DNA of 64,000 nucleotides from the human T2T-CHM13v2.0 reference genome, Homo sapiens (GCF_009914755.1 NC_060937.1), one strand, 5' to 3'; shown: positions 11,568 to 24,843, counted from the stretch's first letter. Notes: a model not told the origin generated them from the letters alone. Numbers and translations are program-made.

Positions 11568-14068
11568 TGATACAGTTTGAATATTTTTTCTCACCCAAAT
11601 CTCATGTTGAAATGTAATCTCCAGTGTTGGGGGCAGGGCCTGGTGGGAGTTGTTTGCATCATGCAGGTGGATCCCTCATGAATTGCTTGGGCCATGCCCT
11701 TGGTGATAAGTGAGCTCTTGCTCTGAGTTCACAAACGATCTGGTCATTTAACAGTATGTGGCACCTCCTCCCGTCACTCTCTCTCACTTGCTTCTGCTTT
11801 TGCCATGTGACTTACCTGCTCCTGCCTCACCCTCTGCCATGACTATAAGTTTTCCAAAGCCTCCCTAGGAGTCAAGCAGAAGCCAGCACCATGCTTCCTG
11901 TAAAGCAGGCAGAATCATAAGTGAATTAAGACTCTTTTCTTTATAAATTACCCAGTCTCAGGTTTTTTTTATAGTAACGTAAGAATGGACTAATACAGGA
12001 AATTGGTACTGAGGAGCAGGGCACTGCTATAAAGATACCTGAAAATGTAGAAGTGACTTTAGAATTGGGTAATGGCCACACTGTGGGATAGTTTGGAAGG
12101 CTCCGAAGAAGTAAGAAAGATAAAGGAAAGTTTGGAACTTCTTAGAGACTGGTTAAATGGTTGTGACCAAAATACTGACAGTGGTATGGAACGTGAAGTC
12201 CAGGCTACAGAAGTCTCAGGTAGAAATGAGAAAATTATCAGGAACTGAAGCAAAGGTCATACATGTTATGACTTACAAACAGCTTGGCTTCAAACATGTC
12301 CTAGGAGACTGTGGAAGTTTGAGGTTGAGAGTAATGACCTAGTGTATCTGACAGAAGAAACTTCTAAGTAGCAAAGCATTCAAGAGTTTGCCTGGCTGCT
12401 TCTAAAAACCTACTTCAGATGTGGGAGTAAATAAATGAGTTAAAGTTGAAATTTATATTTAAACAGGAAGCAGAACATGAAAGTTTGCAAAGTTTGCAGC
12501 CTAGCCATGTGGCAAGGAAAAATATGTTTTTTTTTCTGGAGAGAAAATCAAGCAGACTTGAAGCAACAACTTGATAGAGGTGTTTGCATGAATAAAAGGG
12601 AGCCAACCCCTAATATCCCAGACAATGGAAAAAAGACCCTGAAGGCATTTCAGAGACCTTTAGGGCAGCCCCCCTCATCATGGACCCAGAGGCCTAGGAA
12701 GAAAGAATGGTTTTGTGGGCCAAGCCTAGGACCCTGCTGCCCTGCCCAGATTCAAGACACTGCTCCTAGCATCCCAGCTACTCTGGCTCCAGCTTTGGCT
12801 CAAAGGGTTCCAGGTACAACTCATGCTGCTGCTCTGGAAGGCACAAGCCATTAACCTTGGTGGCTTCCATGTGGTGTTAAGCCTGAAGGTGCACAGAATG
12901 CAAGAGTGAAGAATGTTTGGCAGCCTCTGCCTAGATTTTAGTGGATGTATAAGAAAGCCTGGGTACCCAGGCAGAAGTCTGCTACAGGTGTGGAATCCTC
13001 ACAGAGAACCTCTACTATGGCAGTGCCAAAGGGAAATGTGGGGTTGGAGGTCCCACACAGAGTTCCCAATGTGGCACTGGCTAGTGGAGCTGAGAGAAGA
13101 GGACAACCACCCTCCAGACCCCAGAATTGTAGTTATACTAGCAGCTTGCACCCTGCACCTGGAAAAGCTACAGGCACTCAACAACCAATGAGAGCAGCCT
13201 CAGGGGCTGAACCCTGCAAAACCACAGAGGCAGAGCTGCCCAAACATTTGGAGCCTATCCTTTGCACCAGTGTGCCCTGGATGTGGGACCTAGTCAAAGG
13301 AGATTCTTTTGGAGCTTTAAGATTTAATTACAGCCCTACTTGTTTTCAAACTTGCACAAGGCACACAGCGTCTTTTCTGTTGGCCAATTTCTTCCTTTTA
13401 GAATGGCAATTTTTACCCAATGCCTGTACCCCCATTGTATCTTGAAAGTAACTAACTTGTTTTTGATTTTATAGGGTCGTAGGTGGATGAGATTTGCCTT
13501 ATCTCAAATGGGACTTTGGACTTTGGACTTTTGAGTTAGTGCTGGAAAGAGTAGAAACTTTGAGGAACTGTTGAGAAGTCAGGATCTTATTTTGTAAAGA
13601 GAGAAGATCATAAAATTTAGCAGGGACCAGGGGCAGAATACTATAGTTTGGATATTTATCCCTGGTCAAATCTCATGTTGAAATATAATTCCCAATGTTG
13701 GAGGCAAAGCCTGGTGGGAAGTGTTTGTATCATGGGGGTGTATCCTTCATGAATGGCACGGGCCATCCCTTCGGTAATAAGTGAGCTCTCGTTCTTGAGT
13801 TCACCAAAGATCTGGTCATTTAAAAGTGTGTGGCACCTCCCCCAACTCTCTCTCACTTGCTCTTGCTTTTGGCAAGTGATGGGCCTGCTACCACTTCAAC
13901 TTGCATCATGATTGTTAAGTTTTCTGAGGCATCTCTAGAAGCTGAACAGATGCCAGCACCATGTTTCCTGTAAAGCCTGCAGAACCATGAGCTAATCAAA
14001 TTTATTTTCCTTATAGATTACTCACTCTCAGATATTTCTTTATAGTAATGCAAGAATGGTGTAATACA
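11568..14068 (+). mobile_element. Full-length MST (MSTA/MSTB-type) MaLR provirus: 5' LTR 11568-11997, internal 11998-13638, 3' LTR 13639-14068
   Basis: Two homologous ~430 bp LTRs (tgatacagtttg...ctaataca and tactatagtttg...gtaataca) around an MST-int region starting ggaaattggtactgagg and ending in purine-rich ccaggggcagaa; flanking 5-mers ctgta / ccata. Confidence 0.95.
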
Positions 14069-14079
14069 CCATAGGAAGT

Positions 14080-14285
14080 TGTGGCTAAGTGCAGTATCAC
14101 TAGAACTAAAGTTTGGATATTACACCCTTACCCTGCCACTTGCAAATTGCAGAATTTTGTAAAATTTATCATCTTTCCAATGCTTGATTTTTTTATAGGG
14201 TAATTATAAGAAATAAAAGGAGTTAATGCTTATAAAGCACATAGAATGCTACCTGGCTTCTAGTAATCATTCAGTAAATATGGAG
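14080..14285 (+). mobile_element. MIR
   Basis: ctgccacttgc...gagttaatgcttataaagcacatagaatgctacctggcttctagtaatcattcagtaaata resembles the MIR 3' half. Confidence 0.65.
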
Positions 14286-15019
14286 GATCAACATTATCAC
14301 TAGAACCAACCAAAGATTCAGGCATAATCTTAATGGCAATTAATTTATGATGTTGCGAATCCCGTTCCTATCTCATAGTTTTCTTATATTTAAGAACAGT
14401 ACTATTTTCTCCTTTTTGTCTAATAATAATAACTGGGAACAAAATTATAAAATCAAATTTAGTCTCTGCCATTTGCTAAATCACTTTCCTCAGCTGATAA
14501 ATGAAAAAGTAATTGTAACTATTACTTAGTGGAGATTAAATGTTTTTATTTACTAAAAGCTTCTAACAAAGGGTTTGGCATTATTCAGGTTGAACACATG
14601 TTCAATTTCATTATTATTGTTACTCCAACATTATATATTGAAATTTCTGAAAAGCATGTAAATAAATACACAGATACAGCTTTATATAACAGTTCATGTA
14701 TCAGCCTATATAAAATTTTCCTCTGAACCTAATTCTTAATCCTAAAGCCTATCAGCCTAGAGATTTCTTCCAGGATTCTCTCAGATACTTCATAGTGAAG
14801 TATTTATAAGAAAATTAAATATTTCTACTAATAATTTTGACCTTTTAATGTATAATTTTGATGTAGGTGTGAGTGACAGGCACAAAGGGGAGAATGGGGC
14901 AGAGAACTTTATCCTGCTGCATTGTAAGTATTACTTCTAATATTAGCATCATCATTGCATCATCATAATTATTTTATCCTTTTCTCTAAAATAGCTAAAA
15001 GTTGGGCTTAATCCTGGGA

Positions 15020-16160
15020 CGTTTTTCTTTATTTAGTTTCTCTAACTCAGTGATCTCATTCAGTATCATGAGTATAAGTTATATCTATATGCCAATGAAT
15101 AAAAAATTATAGCTTTTTCTTAGACACTCTAAGTGCCAGAATAGAATATTGTATTAAATATCTTCATGCTTAACGATGGAATATCATCATTTGAAATGTA
15201 GATATACTTGGATGATTTTTCTCTTGGCAGCCTTATAACCATCTCAAAGTCTCAAGCATAAGACACCCCAAACAGAATTCTGTATTTCCACCATATCACC
15301 AATACTTTTTACTCTTAGTTTTTTTATTTATCCAAATGTAAACTAAAAAATCTCAGAATCATCATTGATTCTGCTTTTTACCTGCCTTTATTTTACTACA
15401 TTACCATCATTTTGCCATTTTGCATTAACTTTGAGTAATAGCTTGCAATTTACTACTTCTTAGTATCTTTCTTTTCTATTACTACTGCCACTGTAGTTTC
15501 AGTTACCAAAATCTGCTTCCTGAGCTAATGCAAAGGTTTTCTTACTTGTCTCCTTGTTTGTGTATTTGTATTCTTTCAAACAGAAGCCAGAGTAATTCTT
15601 TGAAAACAAGTCAGTCTATGTGACTCTTCTACTTAATTTCCTCCAATTATTTCTCATCGCATTGAAATAAATTTCAAATCTTTAATAAAAGTTACATGAT
15701 CTGGCATTACCTGTCCTCTGGGTATATCCCCATCATTTTTCTTTTCACTCATTCTCTTCCATCACATCAAACTGGTGTCTACTTGTACTTTAGAGCTATT
15801 GTATCTGCTGTGCCTCTGCCCAAATCGATATTCCCCCAGATAGCCTCATGGTTTTGCTACCTGTAGTTATCCACATATCTGCTCAAATATTACCCTATTG
15901 CATGGGTTTTTTTTTTTTCCTGACTACTCCATCTTAAAAAGAATCCCCCATCCATTTTTATATAGCCCAGTTTTTCTTCGTAGGACCTATTACTTATACT
16001 ATATTGTTACATATAATAATTTGTATCTGTTTATTCTCTATGATTGCCTACAAAAATGAAAGCTCCATGATGAAAGAGGATTTCTCTGTTTTGCTAATTT
16101 CTAACTAACCATTACCTAGAATAATGGCTGAAACATAGATTCCAAACAAATGTTTTTATA
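15020..16160 (+). mobile_element. L2 LINE fragment including the 3' end
   Basis: gatctcattcagtatcatgagtataagttatatctatatgccaatga and aagctccatga...acctagaataatggctgaaacatag are L2 hallmark motifs. Confidence 0.75.
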
Positions 16161-16329
16161 TATAAATTAATTAACTTTTGCTGCTTTCTCATTGCCCATT
16201 GATAGTGCTGCAGTTTGCTCAACCACTACGATCTTTGAAAGGAGAGAAAGTTTAATAAGTCCCCTCACCCTTTTGTGTTCTGGGAAACAGACAATGCAAA
16301 GAACAATATTTCCCATATGATTTTCCCTA

Positions 16330-16880
16330 TTTGAGTTAAGACTCGAAATGCCTGTTTGTTCTTCTCTGACAAGGCCAGACAGACTGTCCAAATTCCCGTT
16401 CTTTGCCTCATCCATGATTAACTAAACTGTTTGTCACCACTGAACAATTGGAATACAATGCTGATTATAGTGATTTGATCAAAGTTTAGTAAATCTTTCT
16501 TTCCTTAGACCCTAAATGTTGATGCACCCTCAGTGTGAGCCATGTAGTTTGTCCTTACAACCTCTCAACAAACAACACCTTCTTACTGCCCCCTCTAGGA
16601 AATAGACTGACATCAGGGTAAAGCATTCTATGATCTCCAGTGCGATCCACCAACCCTATGCTTTAAACCCACTTCCCCACACTTCATTCTACTTCCTTTC
16701 ACTTGGTTCTTTCTACCTTTGTTTACTCCTCTCTAGAAAAGAAAATCCCTTCCCTATCTGACTTTTGAGACACTTGCAGGTCATGATCAGTGTTCTCCTT
16801 TTTGCGATAGTCCTATTCTCCTCTCTTGCAGCAATTCTTTAGAATAAAACCTGACTTTAAGTCAATCCAAATTTTTTTAA
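16330..16880 (+). mobile_element. ERV1-class solo LTR, MER31/MER67-like
   Basis: tttgatcaaagtttagt, tgacttttgagacacttgcagg, ttgcgatagtcct...aataaa resemble MER31/MER67 LTRs; subfamily uncertain. Confidence 0.55.
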
Positions 16881-17399
16881 TGTAGGATGCCATTATCTCA
16901 TGACTGGCCATTCTACCCTTGTCTCTACAGAATTCATTGGCTACACAGCAATTGGAGCAATTTTCTAAAATGACATAAATTCAACCATATGATTGCCTTA
17001 CTTACAGCCTTCCAATGACTTCCATTGAATCCAAAATTCTTAGGATTATGTACAAAGATCTAATTTGTCTACTTCCTTCCCCAACTCTGATACCTCCGTA
17101 GAATTTAGTTGCATATTTCAGAACTCAAAGCTACTAACTACTTTAAATTAATAAGATTTTATGATTTATGTTTGGTTTTGGAATGTTTTTGAGATATTCT
17201 GTAAGATTCTTTCACAGATTAATAAAATGTTTTTTGTATATCTAAATATATACATATCCTTGTATATCTATTATATCTATCTATCTCCTAGTATTTTCTT
17301 TTTAACTAAATTAGTTCAGATTTTTAAAATAAGTCAATTTATACAATTAAAATTTTTAGGTTATGTAAAATATATTTAGAGAAAAATATTGCTTCAACC

Positions 17400-19000
17400 T
17401 TTATATGTATGTATCCCATCCACTTGCTCTCCAGGTGCTTTTATTATTGTTACTATTATTATAGTGCTTATTTTTCCAATATTTATTTGCATAAATTTTT
17501 AAAAATAGGCTATTGTCTCTTACACAAAATGTAATATTACATATACACTATTTTACAGCTTGCTTTTCCCACTTAACAATAAATCCTAAAATATGTTTTT
17601 TTCCATATACAGAATTTTTTCACTTTTAAAAATATAGAGCTGCCTGGAGTTCTGTTTTGTAGGTAACCATAGCTTACTTGATAGTAAAATGAATTAGATT
17701 CCAAGTTTTGCTATAACAAAGTATGAAAGCATTGTTTTTTTTTAAATGACATTTTAATCATAGGCAAGGGCATATGTATGATTTATCTCATGACTGTAAT
17801 GGCCGTGTCAAAGAGTAAAGGCCTTTCTAATACAAGTAAATATCACCAGATCACCCTCCATTTTACCATTTTGTATTTTCCTCACAATGGAGGAGAATTT
17901 CCTCATGACTTTACTACTAGTGTTTTGTCAAAAGTTTAGCATTTTGATTAGTTTGGTAGAAGAAGTTACACCTCACTGTAAACTCAAGAGAAGTTGAGCA
18001 TCTTTGATTGTGTCACATTTATTTTATTTTTATTATTTATTTATTTATTTTGAGATGGAGTCTCGCTTTGTCTCCCACTCTGGAGTGCAATGGCTCAATC
18101 TCGGCTCACTGCAACCTCTGCCTCCTGGGTTCAAGCCATTCTCCTGCCTCAGCCTCCTGAGTAGCTGGGATTACAGGCATGAACCACCACGCCCGACTAA
18201 TTTTTGTATTTTTAGTTGAGACAGGGTTTCACTATGTTGGTCAGGCTGGTCTCCAACTCCTGATGTCGTGATCCACCCACCTCGGCCTCCCAAAGTGCTG
18301 GGATTACAGGCATGAGCCACCATGCCCAGCCTTATTTTATTTTTCTATGAACATTGTTTCCTTGTGCTTTGCCTTTGTGTTTTCTGCTTTATTCTCAATT
18401 TAGAGATCTCTTGATGAAAACAGGAGATTAGCCATATGTTTATGATATATGTTGCAAATATTTTTTGTCAGTTTTCTTTTTAACTTTGTCTATGGTATAA
18501 TTTGCAGGCAAAACTATTTTTCTTGTTGTGTTATTTTTACACATTCACATTAACCATACTTTCTTTTATTGTCTCTTGATTTTTAAATTCATCATTAGAA
18601 TGTTTTCTACCTTTCCAGCTTTAAGGGAATTCACCTATTTTTTTTTTCTTAGCACCTATATTGTTTCATTCTGTACATTTAGTTTGATAATGTTTTGCAG
18701 GTTATCTTGGTGGATGGTGTGAGGGAGGAATTACTTAAATTTATCTGTTTTTGTAACTTATAGTATGTAATCTTACAAAGGTTTAACACATAACCTTATG
18801 TGTTAAACAGTCCATAATTACCCTCCACTGTTTTGAGAAGTCAACATACACATTCTATAGTTATTTGGGTTTATTTCTGTCTTTTATGTTCTACATTTGT
18901 ATCACCATACAAATGAATCCATATTTGTATCACCCACTTTTTAAGAGTACTTTTTACAATTAAAGAAGTAATTATCCCCTTTTTTTTCTTCTTCAAAGCT
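17400..19000 (-). mobile_element. Ancient L1M/L1ME fragment interrupted by an Alu
   Basis: T-rich antisense L1 motifs ttgcttttcccacttaacaat, ttccaagttttgctataacaa, gatatatgttgcaaatatttttt. Confidence 0.6.
18018..18331 (-). mobile_element. AluS (AluSg-like)
   Basis: Complete antisense Alu with (ATTT)n tail; left arm reads cctgatgtcgtgatcc, lacking the 2 bp present in Sx/Sz. Confidence 0.95.
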
Positions 19001-19022
19001 TTATCTTGCTATTATTGCTTCT

Positions 19023-19028
<6 letters not shown>

Positions 19029-19058
<30 letters not shown>
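19029..19058. repeat. (GT)15 microsatellite
   Basis: Read directly. Confidence 0.95.
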
Positions 19059-19060
<2 letters not shown>

Positions 19061-21198
19061 CTGCATTGGCTAGTTGTGTACATGTAAACCTTGTAACCAG
19101 AATTATTAAAGGGAATGGTCCATAGAGAGAATGACAATGGTGGACTCTCAGGAAATCAGGAAGGCACATTCCCCGTTGTTGGAACTAAGTTCCTAGCAGC
19201 TTATTCATGATACAGGATCAATAAATTGCCACAAACTTTGACTCCAGGAATAAATATTTTATTTTTTTTTTAAATAAGGTAGCTATCACCTGCATTGGTA
19301 GTCCAGAGACACATCACACCTTCTGAAACCCACATTTATTAAACCGTGTGCTTCTTGGGCTGGCTTCTTCCACTTAACTCAGTCCTTCACTCAAGCCTTT
19401 GTGAAGGCACTAATTGACAAAACCTACATTCCACCTAGATACAGAGCTGCAAGAGAATATGGTAATATTTTATATTTTTCTATCTCTGAAGTGAAAGAAG
19501 GCACACTAGCAGAGGCTAGAATTGATAAAATATTAAATCAACTCTATCTCACAATCTTACCTGTACATTCATCTCTTTGAGCATCCTAAACATATTTATT
19601 TTAAAGCCTTTGTTGGTTCCATAACGATAACTTCACTAAAAAGAACACTTATTCTGATTACTCATTTTGGTTATCTTTTTTGACATGAGTTTTATTTTTA
19701 ATATGTCCTCAAGTTTTCATAAGCAGGACAGTTTTGAGTGGATAATTTTATTTTTCTGTATAAGTCTTCCTTTCTTTCTCTACCAATGCAGCAGTTTTCT
19801 TATGTTTTGTGCATTTACTCTTCGTTTCTAAAAATTTTTACAATGGTTCCAGAATCTATGTTTTTATTCAACACCTACCCCAAGATGATACTACAGATAT
19901 CCCAGATATAGTTACTAATAGAAAGGACATTTTGCCTCTACATTTCTTTGTGACTTCTTGCCCACAGCTTCCTAAGAAGCCATGGATCCAGAAACAGGGT
20001 TTTAGTGAGATACTTTAGCTTTTTTCATGTTTTCTAAACATTAACTTCAAGAGGTGAGCTTTCGACCTCTACATAAGTTAGAAAGCATTAGTCTCTATGA
20101 ATATGCTGCATTTGAAATCTTAGTCACTGTTACCTGTCTGGACTGGGACCTAGCAGACCCACACAGATCACTGTTTTGTTTTTCCATGAAGTTTCTAGTA
20201 CTCAGAGAGGTTTCTTTTCTTTAAGGACATTTATGTATATTTTGTTATCACTATTTATATTTTCTCTATTGTTGCTATCTGTTTGTAGTAGAGAGACTGT
20301 ATATGTGTAGCTGTGAACTTAGTATATACTATTACCAATCAAAAGAGCTAGATTTGAAATAAAAATATTTCTAGGCAAGGCACTCTTTAATACTAGCTTT
20401 TCCCCCCTGCTTCATCTATACAACCCACTCAGTTTTAAAGTTTTTTGACATATTCTTTGATGCCCTCCTGATTTTATGATGGGAATACTTTTTGTCTGGA
20501 AAGGTTACTCAACAATAACTTTTCAAACTGATATCGAGCCCTGTGAGTAATTTGAACAAGAAATAAAGTTGATTCTATCTATTATTATCTAAGACATTTT
20601 ATAGATCTGGTGATGTTGGTGGATGCTGGTTAGAACAGTTATTTGTCTTATTTATATAGCCACAACATCACAAGCTTGGATGTTGATCTGATAATGACAG
20701 AGAAAGGCTGCAGAAATTGAAGGACATGTTTGAAATGAATGAAGCACTCAAAAAGCAAAAACTCATGACTATATTACCGGAGGAGGGAATGAGGTGGACC
20801 AGCAAGTGATTTCTGACCAGTTTCTAATTTCAATTTTAACCACATTAAAGAAGCTCTTCCTTCTTTCCTAGTCTAATTAAACTTATGCTTCCCCCTCCTC
20901 CATCCCCTTAATTTACAGGGCTGGCCTTGAGAACTCTAGTAAGCGGCGGGTGAAAAGCTGCTAAATAAATAGAGCAGCTCTCCTCACTATAGGAACTCAC
21001 TATAGTCAGGGATTTTACTTGTTTAAACTTAGATAATAAAAACAAATAGTCACCAAATCAAACAATAACTTTGCACTGGAATAGACTTTCCCCTAAGGTA
21101 TTTCACAATATACATCTAAATAGCTAATATTTCATGCAACTTTTTTTCATTAACTTCTTCCTCTGAACAATCTACCGCATAACTGCAGGTACCCGAAC

Positions 21199-21203
<5 letters not shown>

Positions 21204-21271
<68 letters not shown>
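21204..21271. repeat. (TA)23(CA)11 compound microsatellite
   Basis: Uninterrupted TA run 21204-21249 followed by a CA run. Confidence 0.95.
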
Positions 21272-21469
21272 TACATATATTTATATATTTACTTTAATCT
21301 ATTACATTGCTTTTGAGAAAAAATACTGACATTTCTTTGAACATAATTCTATCTATGACTTTGAGAAAAATTAAAAATAAACACAGAAAATTGTATTTGA
21401 TAAACAATTTTTTTTAGAAATCTATAATCTTGAATGGATTGTAGATCTACATAAGACAACTGTGAAAAA

Positions 21470-21640
21470 TACAGATCTTGGGATCACTTGGTATTGGATT
21501 AAAATTCTGTCTCCATAACTGACTTAGGCTTTGTATGAATCATTCATCTCTAGGGACCAGTATTCTCATTTAGCTGATGAGAATAATAACCTATTCATAC
21601 GGTTGTGGTGGAGATGAAAGCAAAATATCTAACATGGTTT
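21470..21640 (+). mobile_element. MIR
   Basis: cagtattctcatttagctgatgagaataataacctattcatacggttgtggtggagatgaaa resembles the MIR core. Confidence 0.6.
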
Positions 21641-21841
21641 ATAGCCTGGCTGACCATATATCATAGTTTTCCCTGGAAAATCTGGATTGAAACCTTAATA
21701 TTAACCCACATTCAAAATGTCATTTGTGCAATAAATTATAATAGCAATATATGCTAATGAATTCAATCTTAATAGTATTTTTGAAGTAATTAGTTCATTT
21801 CTGTAAGCAATTATTCATTGACTTTGATTGGCTATAAGATA

Positions 21842-22146
21842 CCAATAGCCCCCAACTTACAATGGTTCTCCTTATAATTGTTTGACTTTATGATGATGCA
21901 AAAACTATATGCATTCAGTGGATCATGAATGAATTACATAAGATATTCCACATTTTATAATAAAATAGGCTTTGTGTTAGATGACTTTTTCCAACTATGG
22001 GCTAATGTAAGTATTCTGAGCATGTTTAAGGTAGACTAGGCTAAGCTATGATGTTTGGTAAGTTAGGTGTATGAAATGCATTTCAACTTACAATATTTTC
22101 AACTTATGGGCTTATAAGGACATAACTACATCATAAGATCAGGATA
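21842..22146 (-). mobile_element. MER47A (Tigger-derived non-autonomous DNA transposon)
   Basis: Matches the reverse complement of MER47A: aaaataggctttgtgttagatga, ggctaatgtaagtattctgagcatgtttaaggtagactaggctaagctatgatgtt; decayed TIRs caacttacaatgg / catcataag. Confidence 0.85.
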
Positions 22147-22274
22147 TATAATTCCTTTCCATCTTTGGGAGTTTCTGTAGGTGCTAGTCACAATTGTATC
22201 AACAGAAAAGACATTGATTTTGACACAAAATATATTTAAATAATTCAAACCAAGGATATATTTGTTTTGTTATT

Positions 22275-22298
22275 ACACACACACACACACACACACAC
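22275..22298. repeat. (AC)12 microsatellite
   Basis: Read directly. Confidence 0.95.
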
Positions 22299-22799
22299 AA
22301 GAATAAATTTGGAGAAAAAAATGTAGAAATTTAATTTAGGTCTGTAACAAGACAGATTGTGAAACCAAAGCAGTTCACTATAAAATGAAAGCTTCAGGAT
22401 AGATAGGGTCTTAATGAAAAATGTAATTCTGATATTATCCTTGATACTGTGATGTTTTTGATTCAAATTTGAATAATAAACAAAAAAGATGACTTTATAG
22501 GCTGATTTTTTTAGTAAATCAAGAAAGACTGAGCATTGTAGCATATTGCATCGCTAGAATATTACTTCTGTAATTCTTTTTTATTCCTGTAACTCTGAAG
22601 GTAGATGCCTTTGAATTTATATTCATGAAAAAGGAGTTTCAATACTACTCATGTAATGTGTCACTGCAAATATCAGAAAGACTTTGCATTTCTGGAATCT
22701 TACCTGGCTACTTCTTGTTAATGATGTATTCCTGAGAGACCATTTGTTTCTGATAAAAACGTATGAGTTTAAATTCAGATGATGTTCTTTGACAATATC

Positions 22800-23750
22800 T
22801 ATCCATTGCCCTTTTGATGGAATAGCAATTTCGCAAAATTTAAAATTTTGGTCACATTTGTTCCCTGAAAATCTTGTTGATATTTGCTCCAGCCATCCTT
22901 TTGTGGAGAATGTTACTATGGAAAAGTCAGAACTAAGCCTGGTTTATCCTTCTTGTAGTTGACTTGAAGATTTGCTAGGTTGCCTTTGGGATTATTTATC
23001 TTTCAAGTCAATTAACTGCCCCAGGCAGTATGTCAGTATTGACTGAACTGTACCATTTTTTTCTTGAACTTTTAATCCAAAGATTTGTTTTTCTCCATTT
23101 TAGGAATGTCATATTGAAGTATATATTTGACTGCTTTGTTTCATTTGTTCTGTTTGTGGGGAATGTTAAATATTCATATTTTGAGTCATTTTTATTCTCT
23201 ATTATCTATCAATTTCTTTCTAATTTTCTCCTAAACCATCTGTTCTTTATATGTTTTAGTATGCACACTTTTTTATAACTGTCATAATGTCATAAATAAC
23301 TTCTTTGTTATATATAACTGTCATGCTGTCATATATAATAACTTTTTTTTAAATCTGTGTCTATTTTCTTTTCATATTTATCCAGGTAAGCTTAATTTCT
23401 CTGACCTTACTTTCTCTTCCTTATTTTAGCTCTTCCTGTTCAGTGATTACCTCCTTGTGTTACCATTTCATCCCAGAACTTTTTGTTTCTAAAGTTTGAT
23501 AACATAAAGGACATTCTAAATATGTTTAACTCTCTATAATAATGTTTCTTTATATTTTTACTTCTTTTTGGCAATAATCCTCCTGGTGTGCATGTGTGTG
23601 TGTGTGTGCTTGTGCATGCACATGTGTGTTTTGTCATTTTATGGATATTTAGGGTTTTTATGCTGCCTCTATAAGAGGCAAAAGTATTGCTGTGTAGTTA
23701 TATTGATTTTTTATTTGTTCATTTTAAATAAAGGGAAATCTTAACTCTTT
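22800..23750 (-). mobile_element. Very old L1M fragment (ORF1-side)
   Basis: T-rich degraded L1M-like motifs such as aatgttactatggaaaagtcagaactaagcctg; strongly diverged. Confidence 0.4.
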
Positions 23751-24218
23751 TATTTTTAGAGAAATACATAAGGCAGGACCAGAGTAAATAAGTGGAGATA
23801 ACAGAAATCTTAAGTAGTTGACAGACTGAGTTTTATGCTATTTTCTATGGAAATTACTTAGCAGTATATCTTAGGAGTGTAAATTTGTTCTAGGTATAAG
23901 CAGTCTTCCCATGCACACAGAGGAATCTTCTGTCAGACAGGTTTGTGTTTCACATGTGTGTGAACACATGTGTGTGTAGATCACCTCACACACACTTCTC
24001 TCAAACTGTTGGACATGTGACTGCTTTCCACCCACAGAACTTCCTCTACTTCAATACATCAAGAACCTAAATTTTTTTTAACTGTAACTGCTTGACTTGT
24101 TTTAATTTAGTCGTCTTTTTGCCATTTATTATATTAATGATAGGTATCAAGGTGCCTTCTATAACATGCAAATATGTTATTAATTTATTCCAAAATAGGG
24201 ATTATTGGTTTTACCTGC

Positions 24219-24843
24219 TGTGCAGTAAAGTCCTAACTCAGCAGGCTTAGCGTATTCAAATTCTGCATGTTCGAAAGAAAGGCCTGGCCTTTGATCCACT
24301 CTTGCGAGATGATAACTTCTAAGTTCTTAAAATGATAAGTGTGTTTGCATACCTGTAGTCTTGGAACATACCAGGTAGTTTATGATAACAATGCACTTCA
24401 TGGTGGAAAATTTGGGATACACTGTATCAGTTTGGTCTCTGGAGGGACTGAAGGGTGAAGACCCAGTAAATAGGATCAGTAGTAACACAGGCACTACATG
24501 GTTTTATAAACAAACCTTAATAATAATAAAAAAAACCCTGGACACCAAGAGTCTGGTTAGCTTCCCTGGTTGGCAATACTATATGTGCTGTTACCCCTCA
24601 CCGCTGGCAGAATTAAGCACTGTCTACATTATTCCAATGGAAACAGATAATGGTAAGCTTCTGCCTATTCTCTCCTTGACTCTTTCCTATGTGTCTTTTC
24701 CTTTTTGCTGGTTTTTATCTGTATTTTTTTGGCTTTTGTTTGCAGTACAAACCCACAATTGTGAGTATAAACAGATTTTCTGAGTGATAACTACTTCTAG
24801 TGACTCATCCAACCAGAGGATGACCTTGGGGACCTATGGTACA
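24219..24843 (+). mobile_element. MER77/MER21-family solo LTR
   Basis: Starts tgtgcagtaaagtcctaactcagcaggc; contains aaaaccctggacaccaag and agcttccctggttggcaatact; ends ttggggacctatggtaca; flanks cctgc / cccac. Confidence 0.8.

Noticed and set aside
20687-20809. Protein-like 40-codon frame SDNDRERLQKLKDMFEMNEALKKQKLMTILPEEGMRWTSK
   Set aside because: Short and bounded by stops; all frames from the nearby acceptor at 20659 close early; no recognisable homolog
20956-20979. Palindrome agctgct-aaataaatag-agcagct as a MEF2 site or RNA hairpin
   Set aside because: A 7 bp stem is expected by chance, and the A/T spacer is too long for CTA(A/T)4TAG
24382-24783. 133 aa ORF
   Set aside because: Lies wholly within the MER77-like LTR
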